Shown here piece by piece: positions 63,733 through 64,000 of a DNA stretch of 64,000 nt. Position 1 is the stretch's first letter; each line of letters opens with the position of its first letter. The DNA comes from Adineta vaga. Taxonomy: Eukaryota; Animalia; Rotifera. The DNA is taken from assembly GCA_021613535.1 (NCBI GenBank), contig CP075493.1, positions 2,480,001 through 2,544,000 of the forward strand, given 5' to 3'. A program made the position numbers and the translations under genes. A model generated the notes under the pieces. It was not told where the DNA came from. It made no database searches and saw only the letters and a program-made list of their open reading frames with translations.

Positions 63733-64000
63733 ATGGGTCGACGACTTAGTGATGATAAAGATGACAAATCTAACGACAAACAAGCCACGAAAGGTTCCGA
63801 TTCCAGTTCAGATTCGAATCTTGATGAAGAAGAATTTGTCGTTGAAAAAATTCTTAAAATGCGTACAACAAAAAAAGGCAAAGTTCAATGTAAGTCTTTA
63901 TTGTTGATTGTTCTCTATTTTAATGAAATATTTTCTTTTGTTTATAGATTTACTAAAATGGAAAGGCTTTCCCGATAGTGAAAATACTTGGGTATGTATA
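63733..64000 (+). CDS. HP1/chromobox protein, 5' part (runs off the window end)
   Basis: Acidic leader then chromodomain EEEFVVEKILKMRTTKKGKVQ|YLLKWKGFPDSENTW across an intron at about 63890-63947. Confidence 0.88.

Noticed and set aside
1-64000. rRNA, tRNA or autonomous transposon genes; prokaryotic origin of the contig
   Set aside because: No RNA gene or transposase/RT ORF was recognisable by eye (a tRNAscan/Infernal run would be needed to exclude small RNAs), and the abundant spliceosomal introns and metazoan genes rule out a prokaryotic source.

Overview
AT-rich eukaryotic (animal) genomic DNA with compact genes and many short (about 50-70 nt) GT-AG introns. Base composition, intron size, the mix of metazoan genes with intronless foreign-looking genes and the MITE content all point to a bdelloid rotifer (inference). 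Core metazoan genes are USP24 (5' part), an Ig-superfamily membrane protein, SEC24C/D, Aquarius (AQR), a TRPM channel, two tandem BAF genes, HELQ, a MAP9-like gene, a Kelch + cytochrome b561 fusion, an EGF-containing secreted precursor, a U-box/TLDc gene and the 5' part of an HP1-like chromobox gene. Three intronless genes look horizontally acquired: a bacterial-type clan CD (C25-like) peptidase, a fungal-type ERG2 sterol isomerase and a bacterial-type L-rhamnose mutarotase. An accessory block at about 23.7-36 kb holds pseudogene remnants, several MITEs, an ankyrin gene, a DUSP and the most interesting locus. That locus is a large spliced DUF4781-type gene built like a polymorphic toxin (acidic and basic repeats, DUF4781, hydrophobic helices, C-terminal HFRKHG nuclease-like tip). 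It is followed 91 bp downstream by a small co-oriented gene that looks like a cognate immunity protein and is probably co-transcribed. Several co-oriented gene pairs also show polyA-signal/acceptor arrangements suggesting operons resolved by spliced-leader trans-splicing. Exon boundaries were read by eye, and all family assignments come from motif recognition, not database searches.
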